Below, piece by piece: positions 45,161-58,436 of a stretch of DNA of 64,000 nt. Every line of letters starts with the position of its first letter. Position 1 is the first letter of the stretch. The notes beneath the pieces are model-generated. The model was not told where the DNA came from. It ran no database searches and saw nothing but the letters and a program-made list of their open reading frames with translations. The translations under genes were made by a program, and so were the position numbers. This DNA is from Azolla caroliniana. Taxonomy: Eukaryota > Plantae > Polypodiophyta. The DNA lies in the NCBI GenBank assembly GCA_043228905.1, contig JBHGNT010000003.1, forward strand, positions 19,220,001 through 19,284,000, written 5' to 3'.

Positions 45161-48100
45161 TGTTGGGTCGGGTGATGGTCAAGTAGATCAGGCTTCCGAC
45201 TATTTGTCGGAATCGTTTCTCATCGCAGGCTGGTCCAGAGTTGGGACGGATCTTCTGATTCCGGTCCAGGGGTGTGGAGACAGGTCGTCATTCCGTCATG
45301 CCGAACTTGTACAGTATATTCAACACATAATGGCGTTGAGAAAGCAATATGTCGTCGGGGGTGCGGATCACCTCGATCCCCAAAAAATAATGAAGGTCCC
45401 CCAAGTCCTTCATATCGAATGCGTCCGATAACTGGGACTTGACGCGGTTGATTTCTGGAAGACCTAGGCCGGTGATGACTAAATCATCAACATAGAGTAA
45501 GATACATACCGAACCGTTTGAGCCTTGACGGATGAACAGGGAAGAGTCCGACTTAGAGGCAACAAACCCCATCTTTCGCAACCGGTGCGTGATCTTAGCA
45601 TTCCAAGCACGGGGGGCTTGCTTCAAGCCGTACAACAACTTCCTCAGCCGGCATACCGCCGACTTGTTCACCTCCGACTGAAATCTGGGGGGTTGAGTCA
45701 TAAAGACTTCTTCTTCAAGATCTCCTTGAAGGAAGGCATTCATCACATCCATCTGATGAAGATGCCACCCCCTTGCCGCAACAACCGCCAGTACCACACG
45801 AATCGTCGTCATCTTCGCTACAGGAGTGAAGGTCTTGTCGTAGTCGATTTCGTGGGTCTGCGCATATCCCTTCGCCACTAACCGGGCCTTGTACCGGTTA
45901 ACTGTACCGTCGGCATTGTACTTTACCTTGTACACCCACTTGCATCCGATCAGTTTACAATGACGGGGAGGGTCAACCAGGTCCCAAGTTCCGTTGGCAT
46001 CCAATGCCCACATTTCTTCCTCCATAGCGGCACGCCAATTTGCATCCTTTGCCGCTTCTGCGTAGCTCTCCGGCTCACGCACTTCCGCGACCTTGGTCAT
46101 GTACGCATAATGATGCGTCGTGTACTCGTTATACCCGTACCGTTTAACGGGATCCTCCTAGCGGGTGGACCGGCGTAACTCACCGTTACTCGGTATGAGA
46201 CCCTTCTTGGCCGGTTCGGTCTTTGTTCTCGAAGATTTTCCTATGTCCTTGCCGAAGTCAGATACGCACCGATCCGACTCATCATTGCCGGTTTCGATTC
46301 CGACATCTTCTGCTTCCCTTTCTCTTTGCGTGTGAACCGTCTCCTCGGTTCTTTGCGCGGGGAGAGCACGACAGAGTCTCCACTACTCGTCGTCTCATCA
46401 TCAGACTGGTTGGACTGATCTAGTCTCTCATTCGGTCCGCTTAACCGAAACGATTCCAGACTCTCATCTTGAGTCCCGGCTTCATCTTTCTCTACTTGGG
46501 CCGGTTCGGGCTCACTAGCCCCATCCTCCGACATCGGGTCGGGATCGGAAGTCGGAGTCGGTAAGGAATACCACGATGCCGATTCATCAAACTCAACATC
46601 TTGGCTGACTCAAACCTGCTTCGTCCGGGGGTTATAACACATATACCCCTTTTGCTCTTGAGCATAGTCGACTAGGATGCATTTTTCCGATTTTGCATCC
46701 AGCTTTCTACGCTTCTCATCTGGCACATGTACATAGGCTATGCTGCCGAATATCCGGAGGTGTCTCAAATTCAGCTTGCGCCCGAAATACAACTCGTGAG
46801 CTAACACCTTGTCCGCGATCCGGTTCTGGATGTAAACGACCGTTTGGACCGCCTCCGCCCAATAGAACTTGGGCATGCTCTTTTCCTCCAGTATTGCCCT
46901 AACCGCGTCAATCAGCGACCGATTCTTCCTTTTGGCCACATCGTTCTGTTGCGGTGTGTATCTGCAGCTGAATTCTCGCCGAATTCCTTTTTGTTGCAGA
47001 TAGCTGTTGAATTGGCCGGAAAAGTACTCTTTTCCGCCATCCGACCGTAGGCATTTGATCTTCCTCTCTGATTCCCATTCCACCATCTTCTGGAGGCTCC
47101 GGAAACAGTTGAAGACTTCGCTCTTCCGCTCAATGAGGTAGATCCACGTATGCTGCGTGTAGTCGTCAATGAAGGAGACAAAATATTGACCCCCGCCAAT
47201 GCTAACATGTTGTGTCGGTCCCCACACATCCGAATGGATAAGATCGAGCTTGTTACGGCTTCGATTTCTTTCGGTGGGGAATGGAAGCCGGTGTTGCTTC
47301 CCGAGTTGGCAGGCTTCACAAATCTGAGCTCTCCGACCGCTAAACTTCGGCAAACCGAAAACGACTTGTTCCGTTTGCAGGGCTTGAAGCCTCCGGTAGT
47401 TGACGTGGCCGATCCGCTTGTGCCACAGGTCGATATCTGACTCGACCTTCTATCCTTTGGCGAACAGTGCGGTGTCGACGTCATTGGTGTTGAGGATAAA
47501 CATCCTCCCATCTCTGCGCCCTTGCGCATTAACTTCGCCCTCATCCTCAATGTAGCACCCGAGGTGTATAAACCGCACCTGCATCCCCTGGTCGACAATC
47601 TGTCCGACCGACACTAGGTTCTTCGTGATCATCGGAACATGTAATACATTCATCAGCTTCCCCCTCTGTCCGACGTGGCTCAAAGGGACTTCTCCGATGT
47701 GCACGATCGGGTGGGGAGTGTCGTCTCCGGTTTCGACAACTCCCGGTAGATCCGGCTTCTCCAAAAAGGAGAACCACTCCTCGTGGCTCGTCATGTGGTT
47801 CAATGCGCCGGAGTCAACGTACCACACTTCCTCCGATTTGGAAGTGGTCTTCTTCATTGAGTTTGCCTTGTCCTTCATCACCAAGGCTAGCCCCTTACCG
47901 TTCTTGGATCCTCCCGATCCGTTTGTGTAGTGCGAGCTTTATCGGCCTTCCTTACCGGTCTTGCCGGATCCGGATTTGTCCAAATCGGCACACTTTCTCC
48001 AGCACTCGCTTTCCCTGTGGCCCTTTCTGCCACAGTACCATCATTCCGTAGCGGATTTGTCTTGCCGGCCTCCGGCACCGCCTTGACTCCCCCTGCTTGT

Positions 48101-48990
48101 GGAAGTCCCGGAACTGCTGTCGGCACGCTGATTGTGCCTTCATTCCTGCTCTTGCTGGCCGCCTCCATTGCGTGCCAACCTGCCTCGTCCACCACGCCCG
48201 CGGGACCGATCCACTCCCATGTACAACATCCGGCTGTCTGGGGATGCACTGGTAGATGCACCGGCGTGGTTCTCCTCTACAAGGAGCATCGACTGTAAGT
48301 CGAAAAATGAGGGGGTATTCTCCCTTGTACAAACCGTAGTCCGGAAAGCTCCGAACTTGGACGCCAGGCCTCCAAGACAGACCTGCACCATCTCGTCTTC
48401 CTCTACGGTGACATTAATAGAGGCAAGCGAATCACAAATCCCTTTGATTCGGTCTGTGTAATCTGCCACCAACATGTTCTTCTGTCGAACATTGCTCAAC
48501 TCCTGTCTGAGTTGCAGCTTCCGGGCAGTGGTGCTTGCGGCGAAGACCTTTTTCAAGTTTCCCCAAGCATCCTTCGGTGTCTTGGCGTCACGGATATGGC
48601 TGAGCAACTGGTCACCGACATTGGACGCGAAGCAGTACATCACCCTGCTTGCCGCCTATTCCCACACTGGGAAGTCCTTGTGTGTCGTCTCTGGTGCTGA
48701 GTCGTTCACTCTGTCGACATAACTCCAGTAGCCATGCCCAAGCAGGTACTAGTGCATCTTGTATGACAAAGATGCGTAGTTGGTTCTGTCGAGCTTCTCC
48801 ACTGGGAGCGACGTAGCCATACCTCTGTCCATTTCTCCTTTTGTGTCTGTTTTCCGATCTGTTAGGGTTTCCTTCACAAGCGTAGATGTCTACAGCAGAG
48901 GTTCTCAACCCACACGCTCTGATACCATGTTAAAGATTGCTTGCGGAAGCGTTAGAAAGAACAATACACAAAGAGAGAGAGAGAGTACGC

Positions 48991-49054
<64 letters not shown>

Positions 49055-49406
49055 AAGAGAGAGAGAGCAGGACACACTATTCTTCAAAATTATATGAATA
49101 CTCTGTGCTCCATATCTACAACGCGCTCATCAACGCTATTTATACAAGTCCACACGGGACTGTTAGAAGTACGGTGTACTTCAATGCTCACACGAGCATC
49201 TGATACTAACTACGAGACTATAACTACCTAGTTGTCTAACCTATACTAGGCTTCTAGTTACGGATTGGATCCGGCATACCAGCTCCCCAGCTCACCGGTC
49301 CTTACTGCTTACCGGCTTGGTTGCTCACCGGCATACCGATTCATCTCGCTTACCGGCTCAGGCTTATTTCAGCCGATCCGGCTCCGGTTGAGCTTGCCGC
49401 TCAACA
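45161..49406 (-). mobile_element. Second copia A-family copy, 3'-truncated within RT
   Basis: 5' LTR 48928-49406; iMet PBS 48927-48916; gag, PR, IN and RT colinear with copia A; many stops; no 3' LTR. Confidence 0.92.
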
Positions 49407-51650
49407 AAAGTAAACCATCATGCCAACTGAATTGGTTGTACTCTTGCCGAGGATTTTGAGATTGGGAACAAGAAGCATGATCTGGGATAATATGGTTCTA
49501 AATTTCTTGGGCGAATTCATCAGTCTCAATATGGTCCTGAATGGAATCAACAAAACTTGAATCTTTGGGTGTGTCTATAGCATGAAATGCCATTATTCGT
49601 AGATGGTCAAGACCCAAGAGGATTTGTTTCTGACATTCAAATGCAGCCCTCCTAGTTGAAGTTCCATATACAAACACTAAGATAAAGCATCTGTTTTTCC
49701 TTGTTGCATCCTAGGGCGATATAGAATTATGAAATCAAAACGAGTTAAGAATTGCGCCCAACGAGCTTGTCAACGACTCAAAACTCGAGCACTTTGGAAG
49801 TACATTAGATTTTTGTGATCCTTGTAGACAATGACTTGTTGAGAAGAAGCCTCCAAAACATGAGGCCATTGTTGAAAAGAATCTACAGTGGCAAGAAGCT
49901 CTTTGTCGTGAATCTCATAGTTGATTTCTGCAACTTCAAATTTTCGTGAGTGAAAAGTCATAGGGTGCTTGACCATCATCACCAATCTGGAATAGTACAC
50001 TTCCTAGTGCGAAGTCGGATGCATCAACTTTGAGTATAAAGTGCTTCATTGGACCAACATGCATCAAAATTGGTGCAGATGTAAATGCTTGCTTTAAACC
50101 TTCAAATGCAGAGTTTGCATTTGTACTCCACACAAATGGTCGATTCTTTTGTGCTAGTTGAGTGAGTGGCCATATGATCTTTGAATAATCTTTGATGAAC
50201 TTGCGATAAAAGTTTGCGAACCCCAAAAAACATTGTACATCTTGCACAGACTATGGTGTTTTCCAATCTAAAACTGTTTGAACCTTTCCTAGATCCATAG
50301 AGATGCCAGGTGAAGAGACTATGTACCCTAAAAATTCCACTTGACGCTAATCGAAACTACATTTCCCCAATTTTGCATAGAGACCATATTCGTGCAACCG
50401 TTGCAAAGCTTGTCGAATGTGTATTTCATGCTCCTCTTGAGTTTTTGAGTAGATCAAGATATCATCCAAGTAAACTATTACGAAAATATCGAGGAAATCT
50501 CGAAAAATGTCATTCGCCATATGTTGGAAAACAGTTGGTGCATTCGTGCAAAAATCTTTCAAATTTTAAAACCAATAGGCTTAGTCTACATTCTAGGAGA
50601 CTCCAATATATTCAAATTTTACTTTTATGGAAATCCCTATCTGTAAAAGTTTCTACAATTGGCAGTGAGGTCGCTAATTATGCGACAAGGAATTTCACTA
50701 CCTTAGGATAGTGAAACCAAATGGCATCACTATGCAGTCTTCCATTCATCCCCAGGAAGAATTCGAAGAAGGTTGTGAGCACCTCGAAGATCTAACTTTG
50801 TGAAATAATTAGCTCCGTTGAGGCGTTCCAAAAGGCTTGAGATCAATGCTAGAGCATATCGGTTTCAAATAGTTACTTTATTCAATCCTCGATAATCCAC
50901 GACAAGACGAAGCGAACCATCTTTCTTCTTAACGAAAAATATGGGTGTGTCAGCAGGAGATCTTGAATGTTGGATAAACCCATTTGCCAAGTTCACATCG
51001 ATATATTCTCGAAGAACCTCTAGATCCATGGGCGAAAGGTTATAAATTGGTCCCATTGAGGCTCTTTTCCGGGCTGCAAATCAATTAGGCAATGATATGG
51101 TCAATGCTTTGGTAGTCTATTGGGCTTCACCTTATCGAACACATCGGAGAATTTTGTATATTTCTTCGGTAGTTGGACCTCCAATTCTTTTGAGTTGGAT
51201 GTGGGAGTTGCTAAGACTGCGAACACAAACATGTCCTCCTTCCGTCCTTCCTCGCGTAACTGATGTACAGAGATTGTTGAAATCTTTTGAAATCTCATAT
51301 CCCTTGATGGAGTTTTAAGAGATTTAGATTGTATTGTGACATCTTCAATGGTTCTTTGTCTCCAATCAATAGTTGGGTTATGTAGTTCAAACCATGGAAG
51401 ACCAAGAACTAGGGAGTGCTCTAGACTACTAATGATGTTGAACGAGATGACACTACCCAAACTGCCTAGGACTACATGAATTGGTTCAGACTCTTCAACT
51501 ATATCACCTGATGCTAAGGGGCGTCCATCAATGACTTTGACAAACACTAGGCTTGGCCACTTATGCAACTGAATATTATGCATTACAGCGAACTCACGAT
51601 CCATGAAACAAGAGTTGGATCCAGAGTCTAAGAGGGCATAAGTCTTGGAC

Positions 51651-52299
51651 GGAACTCAACGCTCCTTATGCACAACGCTCGGCCACAACCGAGCTTAGAA
51701 TCATACACAGAAAATAGGAAACGGAAAACACACGACACAAAGGAGAGGAAAATGTACACAGGATGTTTACGTGGAAAACCCAAACTAAGGGAAAAACCAC
51801 GGTAGCCCATAAGCTGCAAACTATCACTATGTTAGAATGTACAACAGTGAGTTCACGGAGGCAACGACCTCGTGCTCACGATCTTCGCCACAGGCGGCGG
51901 TTACAACAGAGGCAACGACCTCTTTCTCTCTCTCTCTCTCTGTACACTGTTACACGCTCTCTCTTCTTACACCAACAAGAATGACAACTACCCTATCTAA
52001 AAGTTTGCCCTAAGTCCTATTTATACTAATATGACTTTTCGACTATTTACAAATATAGCCTCGATGGACTCTCAAAAACATATTTACGAATATGTCTCCT
52101 CATCCGGTGAGCATTCCTCACCGGGTTTGCACCATCCGGCTCTCCGTAGCCGGGTACTCCTCATCCGGTTCTCACCGGGTCTGCACCATCCGGCTCTCCG
52201 TAGCTGGGTACTCCTCATCCGGTTCTCACCGGGTTTGCACCATCCGGCTCTCCGTAGCTGGGTACTCGTCATACGGTTCTTCTCTCTTCCCATCCGGAG
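51651..52299. mobile_element. Copia-LTR-like insertion without TG..CA ends; GGAC direct repeat at the borders
   Basis: TTTACGTGGAAAACCC..GGGAAAAACCACGG motif, TATA-like tatttata at ~52018; interrupts the Tcn1 protease region. Confidence 0.6.
52116..52280. repeat. 54-bp tandem repeat, 3 copies
   Basis: ctcaccgggt.tgcaccatccggctctccgtagc.gggtactc.tcat.cggtt repeated three times. Confidence 0.92.
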
Positions 52300-52539
52300 G
52301 GACTCAATGGCACCTAGATGTATTAAGCTCAACTTGTGCAGAGAAAACTCGACTAACTTGACCAGATGAAATGGAACCACGACTAGGGACGGATGCTATA
52401 TACCTAGGGTTGTCCAACCAAATGGCTCTGATTTTGTCTGGACTTACTCGTTTAACACATCATGTAATTGGCTCATGATATCAAATGTATTTTTATGACA
52501 AGGGCTACTAGGCCTACTTGGGTTACGAGAAGGCGGGGC

Positions 52540-52770
52540 AGAAATTGAAATGGGAAAGAGTTTATATTATAAGAGAACAAAGGTTACAAAGAGTAGGCTA
52601 AGGGGTTGAAGACTGGTGTTGAACCGAATGAGTTGTGATGAATGAATAGACACCTATTTATAAGTCCTTATGGAGTATTCTAGAATATTTTAGATATTTA
52701 TGATATTTAATATAATCATGGAATATTCGCATGGTTGGAATTTTTATGATATTTAATATAATCATGGTTG
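52540..52770 (-). repeat. Tcn1-like LTR fragment
   Basis: Homologous to 8435-8630 (gactggtgttgaaccgaatgagttgtgatgaa..gacacctatttata). Confidence 0.78.
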
Positions 52771-55700
52771 GATAACCCAGAATTTGTAGAGTCAGTCCAT
52801 AGTAATGGTTCCATTTCATCAAACCATGTTAATAGTGTTTTTGTGGCACAAGTTGAGCTTAGTACCTCTAGATGGCATCAAGTCTTCACATTTGCTCCTT
52901 AAATTCAGGAGCCAACTCTTGTTTCATGGATCTAAACTTTGCATTGACACATATTATCTTATTAAAACCATTGCATTGTCTGGTATCATTCATAGTCATA
53001 GATGGTCGACCCACTGTCTCTGGAGACATAACTGAAGAGTCAGAATCAATTCGTGTAGTTCTCGGTGATTTAGCTTGTGTCATCTCATTCAATATCATAC
53101 ATAGTCCTGAGCATCCGATTGTCCTCAATCTACCTTGGTTTGAGCTTCAAAACCCCCAAATTGACTAGAGGAAATGAGTTATCCTAGAATCCAAGAAAAA
53201 TCACATATCAAATTTCCCTATTGCTTATAACCCAAATTTAGAGTGCCATCAAATCTCAACAATATCTCTGGAAAACTTACACAAAGAGGGGCAGAAAGAA
53301 GAAATGTTTATATTTGCGATTGTAAAGAATCAATGGTGATTCTTGTGTAGCGGAAGAGATGTGTGTTATGTGTATGTGTGAGAGGAAAGAGGAGAGGAGA
53401 GAAACACAAGATGGATAAGAGACAAAATGAAGTACTCAAGAAGAAGGAGATGTATATTAACAAGGAGAATATGATCAATGAAAATGTAGCATTACAAGGA
53501 GTCACAACTGACTTAGTATGAAGTATGAGGAGGGAGTCACCCTCCCTCTTCATTAACTTACAACAACCACTCTCTCTCTTGGGGAATGTGAAGTCTCATA
53601 GTCATGTGGAATATGTAACTCATTAGTTATGTGTCATAGAATATGATTCTATGACACATAGTTAATGTGTAGAGAGTAGTGGTGTGACTCTTGACCTTTG
53701 AGTAATCATAGATTCTCAAAAGGTGTGTTCACATGTTATGCTATGTTGAGCTTGATTCTCAACACGCCCCCTCAAGCTCAACTCGGGTTGGTTCCTTTCG
53801 ATTGATGTCTACTTCGGTTGGTATCCGATTTAGACGATCTCCGGTCTCTACTTCAGCTTGTACCCAGTTCGGACGATATCCGGTTCTCGCTTGTACTCCC
53901 CCTCAAGCTTGGCAAGTCAGGGATCGTCAATCCAAGGTCTGAAATGAATTACCGAAGCTTGTCGGCTCCTAAGGCTTTGGTGAAGATGTCGGTCGTCTCA
54001 AGATTCGTGTTGATGTGTTGAAGGTCGACATCTACGGCCTGTATGCGCTCTTGAATGAAGTGATAGTGCACTTCGATGTGCTTTGTGCGCGCGTGGAACA
54101 CCGGGTTCCAAGCTAGATATATACTGCTTATATCGTCACAGTAAATGGGAGTCGGATCCTTGATGGGGACGCCTAGATCCTTCAGAATCCTCTTGAGCCA
54201 TACGGCTTCACATGCAACTACAGTTGCATCCCTGTATTCGGCCTCCGTACTCGAAAGTGCGACGGTAGGCTACGTCTTACTACTCCAAGATATTGCTCCG
54301 CTACCGAGCGAGAAGACAAATCCGGAGGTCGATTGTCGATCAACTTTGTAGCTTGCCCAGTCCGTGTCTGTGTACCCTTCGAGTCGTATTGGTGTGGCCG
54401 ATGCGTAGAGAACGTCGTAATCCATTGTGCCTCTCACGTATCGTAATACTCGCTTTGCGCAATCAAGTGAATGTCATGTGGTTTTTGCATGAATTGGCTG
54501 AGGAGTCCGACTGGATAGCTAAGGTTGGGTCGAGTGATCGTGAGATAGATGAGGCTCCCGATCAGTTGACGATATTGGGTCGGCTCGCACTCGTCTATGC
54601 CGAAGTCAGCATCTAGTTTGAGGTTTCGATCGAGAGGTGTAGCGAACGATTTGCACTCAGTCATCCGGAACTTGTATAACAAGTTGAGAATGTAGTGTTA
54701 TTGAGAGATCATAATGCCGGCTGGAATCCAAATTACCTCAATGCCAAGGAAGTAATGGAGCTCCTTCATGTCCGTCATCTCGAATTTTCCGGAGAGGAGG
54801 GACTTGAGCTTGTTGATGTCGACTAGACTTTCACCTCCAATGACCAGATCATCCACATATAGGATGATGACAATTAGGCTTCGAGAGTTGTGTCATACGT
54901 AGAGGGAGTTGTCGGATTTTGATATTCGAAAGCCGATTTGATGAAGATATTGCGTAATCTTCGAATGCCAAGCACGCGGTGCTTGCTCGAGGCCGTAGAG
55001 AGGCTTCTTGAGTTGGCATAAGGCTTTTGGATGAATGCGCGATTCAAAGCCGGGTGGTTGTACCATGTACACCTCCTCGTCAAATTCGCCTTGAAGAAAG
55101 GTGTTCTTGACGTCCATTTGGTGGAGGTGCCACCCTTTTGCTGCTACAAGTGCGATCACGGTCCGCACCGTCGTCATCTTTGCCACCAGGGCAAAGGTCT
55201 CCTCATAGTCGACGCCATGCGTCTGAGCATATCCTTTTGCTATGAGTTGAGCTTTGTAGCGGTTTACGGAGCCATTGGCATTATACTTCACCTTGTAGAT
55301 CCATCTGTAACCGATTTCCTTCTTGTGCGGTGAGTGGGGAACGAGATCCCATGTCTCGTTCTTGCGTAGTGCATGCATCTCCTCGTTCATTGCTTCAATC
55401 TATCCTGGGTCCTTCGTGGCTTTAGAAAAGGTTTCTGGCTCCCGTACTGTTGCTACCTTCATCATAAAGGCATAATGGTATGCCATATAATCGTTGTAGC
55501 CAAATCAGCTTACGGGGTTCTTTTCACGAGTGGATCGGAGGAGCTTCTCGTTTGCGGATACTGTGGCTTTCACCGCTCCATTTGTCCGGATCTCAAGGCC
55601 TTTGAACTCACTATTGAGGGAGTGAGTCGATTCGTTGCCGTCGAAGTGATCGTCTTCATACTCCGGCATTTTCGCCTTCCCTTTGTCCATCTTTGGACTT

Positions 55701-58436
55701 GGCTGAGATGTGCTTTGGTTGCTCGGAGGCTCTTGTGGCCCACTAAGCCTTGTCGTAATTGGGATTTCTTCGAACATGCGCGTGAGTCAATCTTCGGCTT
55801 CTATCTCTATTTCGGCGTATTCTGGGTCGAGCGGAATTGGAGTCGAAGTTGTCTCTGGTGCATACCAGGATGCGAACTCGTCGAAAACGACGTCTCAACT
55901 TACTCGAGATTTTCGAGTTGAGGGATTGTAGCACTTGTACCCCTTTTGCTCCAGTGAGTATCCTACGAGGATACATTTCTCCGACTTCCGGTCGAGCTTT
56001 TGACGCTTCTCGTCGGGGATGTGCACGTAAGCAATGGAGTCGAATATCCAAACATGTGATAGGTCCGACTTCTGTCCGAAAAACTTCTCGTGCAGAGTGA
56101 GTTCGTGCACACCCGATGTTGTACACCGATTCATGAGGTACATGGCCGTGTTGGCCACTTCTGCCCAATACGACTTTGGCACATGCTTTTCGTTCATCGT
56201 GGCCAATGCTACTTCGAGGATGTGCCGATTCTTTCGTTCGGCCACTCCGTTTTGTTGTGGCATATGTCGACACGAAAACTCTCGCCCAATTCCCCCTTTC
56301 TGTAGATACGTCGTAAACTCATCTGAGAAATATTCCTTGCCTCCATCCGACCGAAGACATCGTACATGTCGGCCCATGGCTTTCTCGACTTCATTCTTGA
56401 ATTTTTGGAAGTGTCTGAACACTTCGCTCTTTTGCCGCATCGGGTAGATCCAAGTGTGCCTAGAGAAGCCGTCGATGAAGGCCACATAGTATCGGCATCT
56501 ACTGAATGTAGCCGTCTGAGGCGGACCCTATACATCGGAATTAATTACGTCGAGTATGCCTTTGATCACGTTCCGCTCCTTCGGAAATGGGTGCCAATGT
56601 TGCTTGCGGAATTGGCAAGCGGCACACACGCCTTCAATCTCTTTCTCCATGAATGTCGGGAGCCCAATGAAGACTCCTTTCGATTGCATTGCCTAGAGCT
56701 TTTTGAGGTTGATATGGCCAATCCGCGTGTGCCATAACTCTATGTCGGAATCGGCTTTCATTCCCTTTGTGAACATGGCCGATTTCATCTTGTGTGAGTC
56801 AAGAATGAACATTCGGCCCTCTCTTCGTCTGCGAGCGATGAGTCGGCCCTCCTTTTCGATGAAGCAACCGCCTTGATTAAATCAAACTTGCATTCCTTGC
56901 TCTACAATTTGGCCGACGGAGACCAAATTCTTCATGATAGTTGGTACATGCAAGACATTTTTAATGTAATTTTGCTTACCTTCTTTTCCGAACGGAACAT
57001 TGCCGATGTGCCAAATCGAGTGCGTAGTGTCGTCTCCGGTTTCAACATAGTCGGGTCAGTCCGGCTCTCGAAGTTCTCGGACCCATTCTTGATGCAATGT
57101 CATATGGTTCGAGGCACCGGAATCGACGAACCATACGTCTTCCGAACCGGAGGCACTAGTAGAAGTATAGGCCGACATAGAATTCGCGCTATGTCTCATC
57201 ACGAAAATTCCACCGCAATCGTCATAGTCGGAGTTGATGGCGTAGTTGGTGAGTTGTCGACTGGTGGAAGCCGACTCGCGTATCTTCTTACAACATTCTT
57301 CTTCACGGTGACCGATTTTTCCACAATATCTGCATTCGACCGAGCTTTGTCGGTTCGGACCAGAATGGAAGCTCCCCTTCTTCTGAAGGTTCCTCGATGA
57401 CCTCCATCTTGTTGTTGTAATTGAGAGTTGTTTTCGTAAATCGAGCCTCGTCCGCCTTGTCATTGGCTGAATCGGCCTCTTCTTGCACGTCTGCGTCCTC
57501 TTCCTCCATCCGAATGTGTGTAGAGCATGTGGCCATCCGAGGCGTTGCTCCTTGTTCGAACATGATTCTCTTCAACCAACAACATGGATTGAAGATCGAA
57601 GAAGGAGGGCCGATTCTCCTGTGCTAGTATGGCGGTCCTCATCGTGTCGAATCGTGGTGCAAGGCTGCCAAGGCATATTTGCACCATCTCATCATCATCC
57701 ACATTGATGCTTATCGAGCCGAGCGAGTCACAAAGCTCCTTGATCTTCAAGTTGTAGCTTGTGATGGACATATCCCTTTGTTGGATGTTGTTCAACTCTT
57801 GGCGGAGTTGAAGCTTTCTCGCGGTTGTGTTGGCGGCGAAAATCTTTCGTAGATTCTCCCACGCTTCCTTCGGCGTCTTGGCTTCTCGAATGTACCCGAG
57901 CATGTGGTCGTGAACACATGTCGCCAAGCAATACATCACTCAGCTTGCCGCTTGCTCCCACGTTGCATAGTCGGCATCTTCCAGGTCGGGTCGGTTTTCT
58001 TGTGCTCCTTTGATGTAACCCCAATAGCCTTGGCCGACAAGGTATTGGTGCATCTTGTACTCCCATATGCGAAGTTGTTTCGGTCCAACTTCTCGCTAGG
58101 GAGAACACTCCCCATTTCAGTATTCATTGTTGATTGAGCTTCCTTTCTTCTTTTCCTTGTCTCTCAAACACAAGCTATGTAGTGGTACTACGATGGCGAT
58201 GAGCCAGTTCTTCTTGAACGTCGGCGTAGAGCACAACACACAATCACAATGAGGCGAGTGGGCTAGATCGAGCTACCAAATCGCTCTAATACCATGTAAA
58301 GAATCAATGGTGATTCTTGTGTAGCAAAAGAGATGTGTATTATGTGTATGTGTGAGAGGAAAGAGGAGAGGAGAAACACAAGATGGATAAGACACAAAAT
58401 GAAGTACTCAAGAAGAAGGAGATGTATATTAACAAG

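Larger units (their letters stand above)
49407..52540 (-). mobile_element. Degenerate Tcn1-like gypsy, copy b (PR-RT-RH)
   Basis: Colinear with ~10180-12455; insertions at 50549-50710 and 51651-52299. Confidence 0.87.

Noticed and set aside
52116-52280. CRISPR-like array
   Set aside because: Contiguous tandem units with no unique spacers, no cas genes, and a eukaryotic context.
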